64,000 nt of DNA, taken from NCBI GenBank assembly GCA_964016885.1, contig OZ024753.1:8432001-8496000 (forward strand), read 5' to 3'. Below, in pieces: positions 1 through 13,275 of this stretch (position 1 is the first letter of the stretch; every line of letters starts with the position of its first letter). This DNA is from Eledone cirrhosa. Its lineage: Eukaryota. The position numbers were made by a program, and so were the translations under genes. The notes beneath the pieces are model-generated. The model ran no database searches. It worked only from the letters and a program-made list of their open reading frames with translations, and was not told the origin of the DNA.

Positions 1-284
1 GGGAAAAAATAAAAGAAAATATTGAATGCTATTATGTCTGTTTGTTTTTAATATTCTACCACTTAGTCAAAGATTGTGTAGAAGTAGACATAATAGTGCC
101 AAAACAAATGTATTCAAGTATTAACACAACCCTAACTAGCTCTGGTTCTTGGAAACCAAACCACATATTTTAGTTAAAGATTTCCAATTTAATAAAATTC
201 ACCTGACATAATTTTATATAAGAATCATAATTACTATCTTAGAAACAAGATAATTATTGTTTTTAATGAATCTTTCACAGTTCT

Positions 285-672
285 TCATCATCATCATCAT
301 TTTACGTCCACTTTTCCCTGCTTGCAAGGGTGGGATGGGAACTCATTCTGGCTTCATTTCTACAGCTGGATGCCCTTCCTAACACCAACCTCATTTACAG
401 TGAGTGCTGGGTGCTTTTTTTCCGTGGCACCTACACATCCACTTTTACAGTGTGATCTGGGTGCTTTTTTGCCGTGGCACCTCCACGACCACTTTGCAGT
501 GGAATGATATGGACCCCAGTCCCCATCATCTCATTTCTACAGCTGAGTAAACTGGAGCAATGTGAAATAAAGTGTCTTGCTCAAGGAAACAACACACCAC
601 CCGGTCTGAGAATTGAACTCACAACCTTTCGATTGCAAGGCCAATGCTCTAACCACTAAGCTATGTGCCTTC
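285..672 (-). mobile_element. tRNA-derived CORE-type SINE with RTE-like 3' tail (family A)
   Basis: On the minus strand: A-box (GCTTAGTGGTTAGAGC), B-box (GAGTTCAATTCT), a MIR-CORE-like block CCTTGAGCAAGACACTTTATTTCACATTGCTCCAGTTTACTCAGCTGTAGAAATG, then GTTAGGAAGGGCATCCAGCTGTAGAAA and a (GAT)n tail. More than 10 near-identical copies occur in the window. Confidence 0.85.
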
Positions 673-904
673 ATTAAAGAATAAATAGCAGATGGCTTTA
701 AGGAACAGTTATTACATTTTTCTGTTTAGTTGTGTGTGTTTATGTGTGCTTCCTTGTATATTACTTGCAAATACAGTTAATTACCTGTTAATTATTCGGG
801 TTAATTTGACAGTACCATCGTTAGAAATTTGTGGCTTTGTGTTAACATTATTAATATTATCATCATTATTATTATTGTTGTTTTTATTGTTATTAATAAT
901 AATA

Positions 905-1103
905 GACATAGCTCCCCACTTCCAACACCTCCATACACACGTACACATGTATATCATGACTCATACACTATTTACTTCCCTGTCATTTGTATATTATTCT
1001 ATTTGTATATTATTCTATGTACTATACATGCACCTTTGACAAGTTGTAGTGCACCTGAGCACTTTACACAATAATTTCATTATTATTATTATTATTATTA
1101 TTA
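905..1103 (+). mobile_element. CR1-type LINE 3' UTR fragment with (ATT)n tail
   Basis: Matches the reverse complement of 13925-14060, the 3' UTR that follows the CR1-like RT ORF (CACCTTTGAC.AGTTGTAGTGCA.CTGAGCACTTTACACAATAATTTCATTATT). Confidence 0.75.
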
Positions 1104-1104
1104 T

Positions 1105-1310
1105 ATGGCGGTGGATTGGCAGTATCGGTAGAGGGTCAGACGCCATGCTTTGACGCATTAAGTTACGGCCCTTGCCATTCTGAGTTCAAATCCCGCCGAG
1201 GTTAACTTTGCCTTTCATCCTTACGGGGTCGATAAAATAAAGTACCAGTAATACACTAGGTAATTGCTGGCCTTGTGCCAAAAGTAGAAACAATTATTAT
1301 TATTATTATT
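1105..1310 (+). mobile_element. tRNA-headed SINE family B (~190 bp)
   Basis: A-box-like TGGCAGTATCGGTAG, B-box GAGTTCAAATCCC, conserved GCCTTTCATCCTTACGGGGTCGATAAAATAAAGTACCAG block (resembles the Meta-type SINE central domain, from memory), (ATT)n tail. About 17 copies in the window. Confidence 0.8.
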
Positions 1311-1744
1311 ATATACATATATGTATTTCACACTCCTTCTCTTTCCCAGTGTTAAAGTTAGGAATATTGATTGGTATGCACCACTTTCGAAAGAATAATG
1401 TGTGCTGCTGATTTGAAAGTAAGATGATAAAAATGGAAAAGTTTATTAAGCAACCTAAATTGCTTGAATATTAATTGAGATAGGGAATTTTTCAATAGAA
1501 ATATGATCATGCCATGAATGAGTTTATTTCTCCTCTTTTGTATCTCATATTTGAATCTCGCTGAGGGCAGTCTTGTCATTTATCTCTTCAGGTTTGATAA
1601 AATAAATACCAGTTATGATCTGGACATCAATTTATTCAAATATACTTCTTCATTATAAATGTGTGGCCTTGAGCCAAAATGATTAATCAATATTTTATAA
1701 TTTGCTTGCAAATATTAGGGTTAGGGAAATAATGGCTTCTGACT

Positions 1745-1950
1745 TAGGCACAAGGCCAACTATTTTGAGGGAGGGGAAAGATGATTAAAATGACCCCAGT
1801 GCATTACTGGTATTTTATTTTATCGACCGTGTAAGGATGAAAAGCAAAGCTAACCTTAGTGGGATTTGACCCCAGAACGTAAAGGGGCGTAACTCTGTGC
1901 CATGAAACATGGTATCTGCTGTTCTATCGATACTACCAATCCATTGCCAT
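1745..1950 (-). mobile_element. SINE family B, diverged copy
   Basis: Reverse complement of the family B core: CTGGTATTTTATTTTATCGACCGTGTAAGGATGAAAAGCAAAGCTAACC. Confidence 0.7.
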
Positions 1951-1968
1951 TGGTTTGAAGAAGGCACA

Positions 1969-2312
1969 TGGAGGCACATGGCTTAGTGGTTAGAGCATTG
2001 GCCTTGCAATCGAAAGGTTGTGAGTTCAATTCTCAGACCGGGTGATGTGTTGTTTCCTTGAGCAAGACACCTTATTTCACATTGCTCCAGTTTACTCAGC
2101 TGTAGAAATGAGATGTTAGGACTGGGGTCCCTATCATTCCACTGCAAAGTGGTCGTGGAGGTGCCACGGCAAAAAAGCACCCAGCACTCACCGTAAATGA
2201 GGTTGGTGTTAGGAAGGGCATCCAGCTGTAGAAATCAAGCCAGAATCAGTTTCCGTCCCACCCTTGCAAGCAGGGAAAAAGCGGACGTAAAAGGATGATA
2301 AAAGGATGATGA
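1969..2312 (+). mobile_element. CORE-type SINE family A
   Basis: Full head TGGAGGCACATGGCTTAGTGGTTAGAGC, CORE-like block and GGACGTAAAA(GAT)n tail. Confidence 0.85.
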
Positions 2313-2654
2313 ATAAAACCCAGGAAATAATAAAACCATATTAAAGTCTCTATTGTTTGTGTCTTTATACTTTATGTTCAAATCTCACAAGAGTTAACTT
2401 CCCTCTTTTCTTTTGCTTTGAGATTTCAATAAAATAAATACCATTCTTTTATTAGATTTGAATTCATATTATATCGTATTTAAATAAGAAACCAAATATA
2501 ATTCTTTGACAACATGATATCAATTGAAGTGGCATTGGTCTCATGAACTGTGAAAGTTACATCAGACGCAACCATGAATATTGTATTTGACATTTTACAT
2601 GAATTATGTTGTAATTGTATAACTATAATGAGGTTGCACGACTTCAAAGTTCTT

Positions 2655-3108
2655 TTAACCCTTTAGTATTTAAACCGGCCATATCCGCCTAGAATTTTCT
2701 CGCCTCTTTCTGTTCAAACCAGTCATAATCGGCCACTCATACTGATTTTAAGGTATTGTTCTCGAAATAAATAATATCAAAATTTCATAGATTCGATATT
2801 ATGTGAGATAATTTTGTGAGGTAAAGACTTTACCATGAAAATATAATAGTAAATATAGAGTAATGGAAATACTAAAGTGTTAACCTTTTAGCATTTACAT
2901 TACTCTATATTTACTATTGTATTTTCTCGATAAACACTTTATCTCGTATAATTATCTCACATAATATCGAATCTATGAGATTTTGATATTATTTATTTTG
3001 AGAACAATACCTTAATATATCTATGAGCAACTGGTTGCAGATGGTTTGAAAAGGAAAAGGTGGGAGAATTTTGGCTGGATATGGCTGGTTTAAATACTAA
3101 AGGGTTAA
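2655..3108. mobile_element. Inverted dimer of a ~225-bp piggyBac-type MITE sharing a central TTAA
   Basis: TTAA-CCCTTTAGTATTTA...TAAATACTAAAGGG-TTAA outer ends. Two copies in opposite orientation are joined at TTAA 2880-2883. Confidence 0.8.
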
Positions 3109-3379
3109 AGCAATATTAGTTATAAAGAGTTACTCAAAATATGTCTGAGGAATGAGTCACTATAAAAATGGTATAATTCTATACAAACCTGTTAAATACC
3201 AGGCATACTCTCTCTCTCTCCTTGGTGTTTTTACTTCATCATTTCTATAACATATACCTTTATTCTTTTACTGGTTTCAATCAATAGACTGCGGTCATGC
3301 TGGAGTTCTGTTTTAAAGATAGTTGCTTGATAATATCACTCTCAGTATTTACTTTATCAAGTCTGGTACTTGAGTTTTT

Positions 3380-4215
3380 TACCAAATACACGCATGCACA
3401 CACACATCACATACACACATATAAACACACACGTGCATGCACACATATATATATATACGTACACAGACACGCATAAACACACACACATACAGACACACAT
3501 AAACACACACACACATACTCAAAACATACACACACACACATACACACACCACATTCACAGGCACATATATACACACAGATATATATATGTACACAGACAC
3601 ACATAAACAAACACACACACTCAAACTCAAAACACACACACACACACACACATACACCACATACACAGGCACATATACACACACACGTGTGCATGCACAC
3701 AGACATACACACGTACATAGACACACATAAACACACATACATACAGAGACACATATACACACACACTCATACACACAGGCATAGACACCTACACACACAC
3801 ACATAAACACACACACACAGGCACATATACACACAGCACACACACAAAACATACTCACACACATACACACACAAAACATACACACACAAAACATACTCAC
3901 ACACATACACACACAAAACATACACACACAAAACATACTCACACACATACACACACAAAACATACACACACAAAACATACACACATACACACTCAAAACC
4001 ACACAAACAAAACATGCTCTCCCACACAAAACATACTCACACACATACACACACAAAACATACACACACAAAACATACTCACACACATACACACAAAACA
4101 TACACACATACACACTCAAAACCACACACACAAACAAACAAAACATGCTCTCCCACACAAAACATACTCACACACATAAAACATACACATATACATATAT
4201 ATACACACACACACA
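3380..4215. repeat. Degenerate (CA)n microsatellite with higher-order units
   Basis: CA-rich simple sequence with repeated CACACAAAACATAC(T) units. Confidence 0.95.
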
Positions 4216-4699
4216 TTGATTTGGGGTTTCCGAACTTTCCATCTACCAAATTTCACACAAAAGGCATCTCTTGACCTGGGACTGTAGTAAAAGACACTTG
4301 CCTATGGTAACACAATACTTATGAATATATTTACATAGGACATGATTTAACTAAGTCCCATGGTAAAATATTCTATTTAAGTATATCTTTTCAACTGATA
4401 TATCTTCCATACCCTATCAATATAAAGAATTAATTGATTCTATGCTATTGTGTATTATAGCAATGAAATAGATATTTTTAAATCTCTATTTTCTGTTTTC
4501 CCTCATGCTTGATTATCTTAATTGAATTAAGTTAATTTCTTTAAATTCATTACACATATTTTACAGCTAAATTTGTGTTTTAATTAGATGTAGTTCTGGT
4601 TATATTTACTTATGTATTCTTTTAATATAATATAATGTATGATTCCTAATAAATTGTTCTTTCATAACAAAGTTAGCTGCTATTTTCCATTGGAGTGTT

Positions 4700-5410
4700 C
4701 AAAATTAATAGATACCAAACAAGGAAACCATACACACCCCACACACCCCATCCTCCCATTTCTGTTCCGTCCACTGTGTTGATGACACAACAGTCCACAT
4801 TGTAAAGTGGTCGTGTAGGAGACACAGTAAAAATGCTCCCAGTCCACACTGTAAAGTGGTCGTGTAGGAGACACGGTAAAAAGGCTCCCAGTCCACACTG
4901 TAAAGTGGTCATGTAGGAGACACAGTAAAAAGGCTCTCAGTTCACGCTGTAAAGTGGTCATGTAGGAGACATGGTAAAAAGGCTCCCAGTCCACACTGTA
5001 AAGTGGTCATGTAGGAGACATGGTAAAAAGGCTCCCAGTCCACACTGTAAAGTGGTCATGTAGGAGACATGGTAAAAAGGCTCCCAGTCCACACTGTAAA
5101 GTAGTCATGTAGAAGACATGGTAAAAAGGCTCCCAGTCCACACTGTAAAGAGGTCGTGTAGGAGACACGGTAAAAAGGCTCCCAGTCCACACTGTAAAGT
5201 GGTCATGTAGGAGACAGGGTAAAAAGGCTCCCAGTCCACACTGTAAAAGTGATTGGTGTTAGGAAGGACATCCAGCTGTAGAAAACCTGCCAGAGACACT
5301 TTCATACGAGCGAGACATGGTCTCCTGACCAATCCCGCATCAAATGGAACAAAGCCGTCTAATCCATGCTAGCATGGAAGATGGACGTTAAATGATGATG
5401 ATGATGATGC
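4700..5410 (+). mobile_element. RTE-related non-autonomous retroposon with internal 49-bp minisatellite
   Basis: About 9 copies of AGTCCACACTGTAAAGTGGTCATGTAGGAGACACGGTAAAAAGGCTCCC (4792-5250), then GGTGTTAGGAAGGACATCCAGCTGTAGAAA and ...GGACGTTAAAT(GAT)n, as in the RTE 3' UTR at 36420-36770. Confidence 0.75.
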
Positions 5411-5547
5411 ATACTCATGCATTTGTGGATATATCGATGTATTTCCTCGTCATCATCATCAGTTAGAGTCCGTTTTCCCTGTTAGCATGGGTTGGACGGG
5501 TCTACATAGAGCAAGATAGTAGTGATGCAGGGCAATTGACTCAGGGC

Positions 5548-5852
5548 TGAGTTCAAATCCCGCCGAGGTTAACTTTGCCTTTCATCCTTACGGGGTCGAT
5601 AAAATAAAGTACCAGTAATGTACTGGGTAATTGCTGGCCTTGTGCCAAAAAAGTAGAAACAATTATTGAATTGGCAGTATCGGTAGAGGGTCGGACGCCG
5701 TGCTTTGACGCATTGAGTTACGGCCCTTGCCATTCTGAGTTCAAATCCCGCCGAGGTTAACTTTGCCTTTCATCCTTACGGAGTCGATAAAATAAAGTAC
5801 CAGTAATGCACTGGGTAATTGCTGGCCTTGTGCCAAAAGTAGAAAGAATTAT
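5548..5852 (+). mobile_element. Tandem pair of SINE family B
   Basis: A 5'-truncated copy is followed directly by a full copy. Confidence 0.8.
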
Positions 5853-6057
5853 TGAATGCAGAGGAGACAACATTGTGTCTTTTGACACAAGGTGAAGGAT
5901 CCTCCTAACACCTTGTTTGGCAAACTTTCTACAGCTGGATGTCCTTCCTAACACCAACCACTTTACAGCAAGACTAAGGTGATTTCATCAGGTGTGCATT
6001 ACAAAATTAGTCATATATAGCAGGATTATGGTAAACACAAACAGAGAATAAGGTTAG

Positions 6058-6094
<37 letters not shown>

Positions 6095-6504
6095 ATGATC
6101 GAGACCCCGACGGCAGAGCTCAAGCCGTTTCGACGACTATTTCTGGACTAAGTATTGAGTACTCTGGTGCATTATGGTCAACCTGGTTCCTTACCACACT
6201 TCCTTCGTTTTATATATATATATATATATCGTTTCTGAATTTGTTTAGCAAGATTCTTTATCTGAACAAAGGAGAGGCACAAAAACAAAGAAAAGAATCC
6301 CCAGTCACTGAAGAGGTCACAGAATGTGTGACGAAAGAACTTTGACAATATATAAACAACCATCTGGTTGTGGAACCAACCAACCAACCAACCAACCAAC
6401 CGGAAATTTATAAATTCCTAAATTTATAAATTTATTATAATAAATTCAAGTGAAAGCAACTGGTGCATGTGTTTCTTATTGGCAACATGACCCTCCCAAA
6501 GTAT

Positions 6505-6540
<36 letters not shown>

Positions 6541-6594
6541 TAATGTATATATATATATATATATATATATACAGTAATGTATATATATATATAT

Positions 6595-6842
6595 ACAGCT
6601 GTAGAAAACCCGCCAGACAGTCCACGCTGTAATGTGGCCGTGTAGGCAACACGGTAAAAACCTCCCAGCCCCACACTGTAAATGTGGTTGGTGTTAGGAA
6701 GGGCATCCAGCCATAGAAAACCCGCCAGACAGTCCTATGCGAGCAAGACAACCACTCTTGCCTCAAGTGGGAAAACCCCCGTCCAAACCCATGCAAGCGT
6801 GGAACACGGACGCTAAACCTGATGATGATGATGATGATGATA
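6595..6842 (+). mobile_element. RTE LINE 3' end
   Basis: Near-identical to 36545-36770; (GAT)n tail. Confidence 0.8.
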
Positions 6843-6912
6843 CATATATAATTTCTTTTGATAAATCCCAGTCTCCCACTTAACTGCTGTTCAATTCTGG
6901 TTTCTCAAAGTA

Positions 6913-7351
6913 GTAACCCTTTAGCATTTAAACCGGCCATATCCAGCCAGAATTCTCTCACCTCTTTCTGCTCAAACTGGCAGTCAATGGTTGCTCTTAC
7001 TGATGTTAAGGTTCTGCTCTCAAAATAAATAATATCAAAATTTCATAGATTCAATATTATGTGAGATAAAGCCTTTACCACGAAAATACAATAGTAAATA
7101 TAGAGTAATGTAAATAGTAACGGGTTAACTCTTTATCATTTACATTACTCTATATTTACTATTGTATTTTCATAGTAAAGGCTTTATCTTACATATATCT
7201 CACATAATATTGAATCTATGAGATTTTGATATTATTTATTTTGAGAGCAGAACCTTAACATCAGTAAGAGCGGCCAGTTATGGCTGGTTTGAACAGAAAG
7301 AAGTGATGGAATTCTGCCCAGATATGGCTGGTTTAAATGGTAAAGGGTTGA
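6913..7351. mobile_element. Second inverted dimer of the piggyBac-type MITE
   Basis: Same configuration as 2655-3108, with central GGG-TTAA-CTC at 7122-7131. Confidence 0.75.
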
Positions 7352-7699
7352 AAGGAGATGTCACAACACAACTCCCTACTTTATCAGACACTTATCTACC
7401 CACCACCCTATCACCAACTTCTTTTTTCATATTTTTTATGTAAGAGATTGAACCCAGAACTGCAAGCAAAGTAAATAATTGTCAATTCATGTGTTAGCAC
7501 CAGTGCTGTAATTTCATATGGAATTCTTGTTTAAGCTACTTCATGTGAGCTGTTGACAGGTAAATATCTAGGATATAGAGAGAGAACATTATGCTACTGA
7601 CAGATTCCAGGATATCAAGTATATTTGCTCTCCTTGCTGTCATTATATTCTATTTATTATCATTTATACATTTTAAATATCAACAAAAATGCTTTAAGC

Positions 7700-9210
7700 T
7701 TACACAAATACACACACAAATACACATACACACACACATACACCAATATACACACACAAATACACACTGACAAATACACATACACACACACATACACCAA
7801 TATACACACACACAAATACACACTGACAAATACACATATATACACACACACACAAATACACACATACACACACAGATACACATACACACACACAAATACA
7901 CACACACACACACAGATACACATACACACACACATACACCAATATACACACACAAATACACACTGACAAATACACATACACACACACATACACCAATATA
8001 TACACACACACAAATACACACTGACAAATACACATATATACACACACACACAAATACACACATACACACACAGATACACATACACACACACAAATACACA
8101 CACAAATACACATACACACACACATACACCAATATACACACACACAAATACACACTGACAAATACACATATATACACACACACACACAAATACACACATA
8201 CACACACACAGATACACATATACACACACACATACACCAATATACACACACAAATACACATATACACACACACATACACCAATATACACACACACATACA
8301 CCAATATACACACACAAATACACACTGACAAATACACATATATACACACACACTTACACACACATACACAACAAATACACAAATATAAACACACATACAT
8401 ACACACACATATACACACATGGACACATACAAATAAATACACAAATACAGACACATATTAGGTATTAAACATTTATAAATTTTAAATATCATCAACGAAA
8501 ATGCTTTATACCTTCACACACACACACACACGCACACACACGCACACACACACGCACACACACACACAAACACACACACACACTCACACACTCACACAAA
8601 TGCACACACACTCACATACAAACATACACACACAAATACATACACACACACAAATACGTACACACAAATGCACACACACTCACAAATATATACACACACA
8701 CAGACAAATACATACACACACACAGACACACACAAATACATGCACACACATAGATAAATACATAGACACACACAGACACACACAAATACATACACACATG
8801 CACAAATGTGCACACACACGCATACCACATACACACACCACACACACCACACATACACACACCACACACACCACACACACTCACACCACACACACCACAC
8901 ACACCACACACACTCACACCACACACACCACACACACTCACACCATACACACCACACACACCACACACACTCACACCACACACACCACACACACCACACA
9001 CACTCACACCACACACACCACACACACACTCACACCACACACACCACACACACTCACACCACTCACACCACACACACCACACACACCACACACACCACAC
9101 ACACTCACACCACACACACCACACACACTCACACCACACCACACACACCACACACAACACGCACCACACACACACACACAACACACACCACACATACACA
9201 CACCACACGC
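7700..9210. repeat. Degenerate (CA)n / (CACAC)n microsatellite blocks
   Basis: Two long CA-rich tracts, each preceded by a similar short spacer (TTTTAAATATCA.CAA..AAAATGCTTTA). Confidence 0.95.
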
Positions 9211-9927
9211 GTTAGGTATTCCACATGTAGCCTCATTTTGGATTATTTATTCAGACATTCTTTACTTAACAACAAGCTAAACGTTTATAGAATTTAAGTG
9301 TTAATTGGCAAATATATTTTCTTTTAATCCAAAGAAAAATTCCTTGAGGACATTCAGTAAGAGTATTCTGATCCCAAGTTAAACATTCTTTCACGACCAC
9401 CACCACCACCACCTCTCTCTCTCTCTCTCTCTCTCACTCTCTCTTGCAGTCAGATATTTTGTTTATCTTTGATTGTTGAAAATAGTTGAAATTGAAAAAG
9501 CAGAGAAGAAAAGCTTGCTGATTCAAATATTAAATCATTTCTTCTCTTGCTTGAAATAAAAATTTTTATTTGACTTGGTATTTTCAATTAATTCCATAAT
9601 TATTCCTGAATATATATATATATATAAATTGAAACAAAATGAAAACGAAATTTCATTTCTCACTCTTAGTATGGCACTTACTTAAATGTAAGTATGCATG
9701 TATACGTACATACATATATGTATACAGGCGTACAGTAGCATGCATATATATATATATATATACATACATATATACATATGCATACAGGTACACATACATA
9801 TATGCACATATCAGTTTAGCGGCGCTAATGTCGCTTTGTTCGTTTGTAAACAAACTGAACAGCCTGAATTTATGCCATACGGTGTTAAGGCAACCACGTC
9901 ACCTTTTTGTTCAACACTGACACAGGA

Positions 9928-9970
9928 ACGATGTACTAGTTTCAAGCTTGTTAGCTATCATCAGCACCGT
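9928..9970 (-). ncRNA. Minimal type-I hammerhead ribozyme (mirror copy)
   Basis: Exact reverse complement of 10368-10410. Confidence 0.65.
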
Positions 9971-10367
9971 TTACCCATCTGCCAGATAGTTGAACGTTCG
10001 AAAGTATATACTTTCCTTATGAAAATTAACGGCTGAGCAGCCTAATTTGCATATTGAGTGAGTTAAATCGGTCAGGCATACCGAAAACGATAAATTGAAA
10101 CAAAATGAAAACGAAATTTCATTTCTCACTCTTAGTATGGCACTTACTTAAATGTAAGTATGCATGTATACGTACATACATATATGTATACAGGCGTACA
10201 GTAGCATGCATATATATATATATATATATACATTTTGTTTCAATTTATCGTTTTCGGTATGCCTGACCGATTTAACTCACTCAATATGCAAATTAGGCTG
10301 CTCAGCCGTTAATTTTCATAAGGAAAGTATATACTTTCGAACGTTCAACTATCTGGCAGATGGGTAA

Positions 10368-10410
10368 ACGGTGCTGATGATAGCTAACAAGCTTGAAACT
10401 AGTACATCGT
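10368..10410 (+). ncRNA. Minimal type-I hammerhead ribozyme
   Basis: ACGGTG-CTGATGA-t AGCT aaca AGCT t-GAAA-CTAG-TA-CATCGT: 6-bp stem I, palindromic stem III ACTAGT, GUA triplet. The first pair of stem II is a U.U mismatch. Confidence 0.65.
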
Positions 10411-10679
10411 TCCTGTGTCAGTGTTGAACAAAAAGGTGACGTGGTTGCCTTAACACCGTATGGCATAAATTCAGGCTGTTCAGTTTGTTTACAAACGAAC
10501 AAAGCGACATTAGCGCCGCTAAACTGATATGTGCATATATGTATGTGTACCTGTATGCATATGTATATATGTATGTATATATATATATATATATGCATGC
10601 TACTGTACGCCTGTATACATATATGTATGTACGTATACATGCATACTTACATATATATATATATATATTAGAAAATGAG

Positions 10680-10970
10680 GGTTTTTTTTACAAAATGAAA
10701 AAAAAAACCGAGATGTCCTACACGAGTGAAAGTATACAGAAAAAAGATGAAATTGAAAATGCAATTGGAGTCTTTTTAAAAATATTTATTTGGTTCCTTT
10801 ACCGGTTTCACAGTTCTTGTACTTTTCAAAAGTAGAATTGAGATGGAAGGAAACCACAAACCCTCCATCTCAATTCTACTTTTGAAAAGCACAAGAACTG
10901 TGAAACCGGTAAAGGAACCAAAATTCTTAAAAAGACTCCAGTTGCATTTTCGATTTCATCTTTTTTCCCT
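10680..10970. mobile_element. Fold-back Penelope-type insert with decayed hammerhead
   Basis: Imperfect ~110-bp inverted arms (about 10738-10850 and 10862-10970). The core reads TTGAAAA...GAAACCGGTA, i.e. a mutated CUGANGA. Confidence 0.55.
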
Positions 10971-11271
10971 ATATATATATATATATTTTTGTTGTATTTT
11001 GCATGGCATAGTGGTTAACGAATTGGATTCACAATTTTCAGGGGATTACGTGTTCAATTCCTCAGCCAAGCAATGTGTTATACCCATGAGCAAGACATTT
11101 TATTTCATGTTGCTCTTTCTGCCAAGAATTACAACTGGTAGAGAGTATCATCATTGGAAATACCAATTGAAACATTGTTTCCTTGGTCTGGTCTAACAAG
11201 TTCCAACCCACTTAGGAAACAAATGAGCTCTGGGATCTTGTTGATTGATTCAGTTTCTCATGTTGTTATAT

Positions 11272-11503
11272 TTAACCCTTTACCATTTATATTACACTAT
11301 ATATACTATTGTATTTTTTTTGTGGTAAACGCTTTATCTTACATAATTATCTGATATAATGTCGAATTTATGAGATTTTGATGTTATTTATTTTGAGAAC
11401 AATACTTTAACATCAGTATGAGTGGCTGGTTATGACCAGTTTGAACAGAAAGAGGCGAAGGGATTCTGGTTGGATATGGTCGGTCTAAATACTAAAGGGT
11501 TAA
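11272..11503 (-). mobile_element. piggyBac-type MITE monomer
   Basis: TTAA-CCCTTTA...CTAAAGGG-TTAA; body matches the other copies. Confidence 0.8.
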
Positions 11504-11819
11504 TAATCATTTAAGAATTTTGAAATATTACTTTTACTTTTAACATACATTTTCACCAGACATAGCCACGTTTTTAGAATGAACCCTTATAAGCTGTTGG
11601 GAGTTGCGGGGTGAGGGTAAGAGGGTGGTGGCATTGAAGAGCTTGATGTTCATGTAATGTATCCTCTACTGTAACATTGTCGAGGTTACAACTATTCAAT
11701 CATAGTACCAAGGATAGTAGAGAATCTATTGAGTCTTTGATGGTCAGTTTAACATCTTCATAACATAGCTGGAGACAACACTCCAGTAAATTATACACTA
11801 CTTCATTTGCTGCATTATT

Positions 11820-12428
11820 TTTGGCAGTATCGGTGGGGGGTCGGACGCCATGTTTTGCAGCATAGAGTTACGTACCTTTACGGTCCGAGTTCAAATCCCG
11901 CCGAGGTTAACTTTGCCTTTCATTCTTACAGGGTCGATAAAATAAAGTACCAGTAATGCACTGGGTAATTGCTGGCCTTGTGCCAAAAGAAGAAACAATT
12001 ATTTTTGGTAGTATCGGTAGAGGGTCGGGTGCCATGCTTTGCAACATAGAGTCACATCCCTTTATTATCTGAGTTCAAATCCCACTGAGGTTAAACTTTA
12101 CCTTTTCATCCTTACGGGGGTCGATAAAATAAGTAGCAGTAATGCACTGAGTAATTGCTGGCCTTGTGCCAAAAGAAGAAACAATTATATATATATATAT
12201 ATATATATAAATATATATATATATAATTCATTATATTTATCGGTGAATTGGCAGTATCGGTAGAGGGTCGGACGCCATGCTTTGACGCATAGAGTTACGG
12301 CCCTTGCCATTCTGAGTTCAAATCCCGCCGAGGTTAACTTTGCCTTTCATCCTTACGGGGTCGATAAAATAAAGTACCAGTAATACACTGGGAAATTGCT
12401 GGCCTTGTGCCAAAAGTAGAAACAATTA
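11820..12428 (+). mobile_element. Three head-to-tail copies of SINE family B
   Basis: Copies start at about 11820, 12006 and 12241. Confidence 0.85.
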
Positions 12429-12821
12429 TATTTATATATATATATAAATGGCTTCTACAAGAGTAGAAACAAAAGTAGAAACAATTTTTTTTTCTGTTTT
12501 TCAATGATTTTGTCAACAACTGAAACATATAAGAACATATGTAAGCACTATAGGGAGCTTGGCCTCCAATTGTGAGGTCAATAATACCAATTATGTATTT
12601 ACTTGGTTTGTGACAACTCATCCAACACACCCTAGCAGGGAAAATGGATGTTAAATGGTGATGGAAAATATATATATATATATAACTCACATAAGTCTTC
12701 TACTGTAGTAGAAATATATATTAATGAAATAAATACAAAGTTGTGAAACAGGTTGATATATTATAAAGTAGATTTCAGGAGCATTTTGAACTTCATTTTA
12801 TTTATATATACACAAAGGAAT

Positions 12822-12902
12822 ATGCACACACACACACACACACACACAGACATACACACACATGCATACACACATACAGACACACACAAACACACACTCA
12901 CT

Positions 12903-12933
<31 letters not shown>

Positions 12934-13014
12934 ACTCACACACACATGCATACACACACACACACAGACACTCACACACACACACACACACACACACACT
13001 CTCACAGACACACA

Positions 13015-13045
<31 letters not shown>

Positions 13046-13199
13046 ACATGCATACACACACACACAGACACTCACACACACAGACACACAGACACACACT
13101 CTCTCACACACATACACATGCAAAGACACACAGACACGCGCACACACATATGCATACACACACACACATGCACACACACACACTCACACACACACATGC

Positions 13200-13232
<33 letters not shown>

Positions 13233-13275
13233 GACAGACACACATACACATGCATACACACACACATACTCACAA
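12822..13275. repeat. (CA)n microsatellite
   Basis: Simple sequence. Confidence 0.95.

Larger units (their letters stand above)
9626..10651. mobile_element. Penelope-type pLTR / retrozyme-like insert: 1.3 tandem copies of a 466-bp unit plus an inverted copy
   Basis: AAATTGAAACAAAATG recurs at 9626 and 10092. 10231-10651 is the near-perfect reverse complement of ~9687-10106. Flanked by (TA)n; contains a hammerhead motif. Confidence 0.75.

Noticed and set aside
474-659. Recurring peptide ...LQLSKLEQCEIKCLAQGNN...[16 protein letters not shown] in many ORFs
   Set aside because: It is the antisense translation of the CORE-SINE head, not a gene family.
1975-2045. tRNA-like sequences with A and B boxes
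   Set aside because: They lack an acceptor stem and continue into SINE bodies, so they are SINE heads rather than tRNA genes.
2190-2235. GGAAGGGCATCC motif as part of a twister ribozyme
   Set aside because: The upstream twister core (UAA...GGUNNNAAGCCC) is absent in every copy examined.
9639-10640. Identical 112-aa ORFs on opposite strands (9698-10036 and 10302-10640)
   Set aside because: They result from the inverted duplication, begin in microsatellite sequence and have no recognisable domain.
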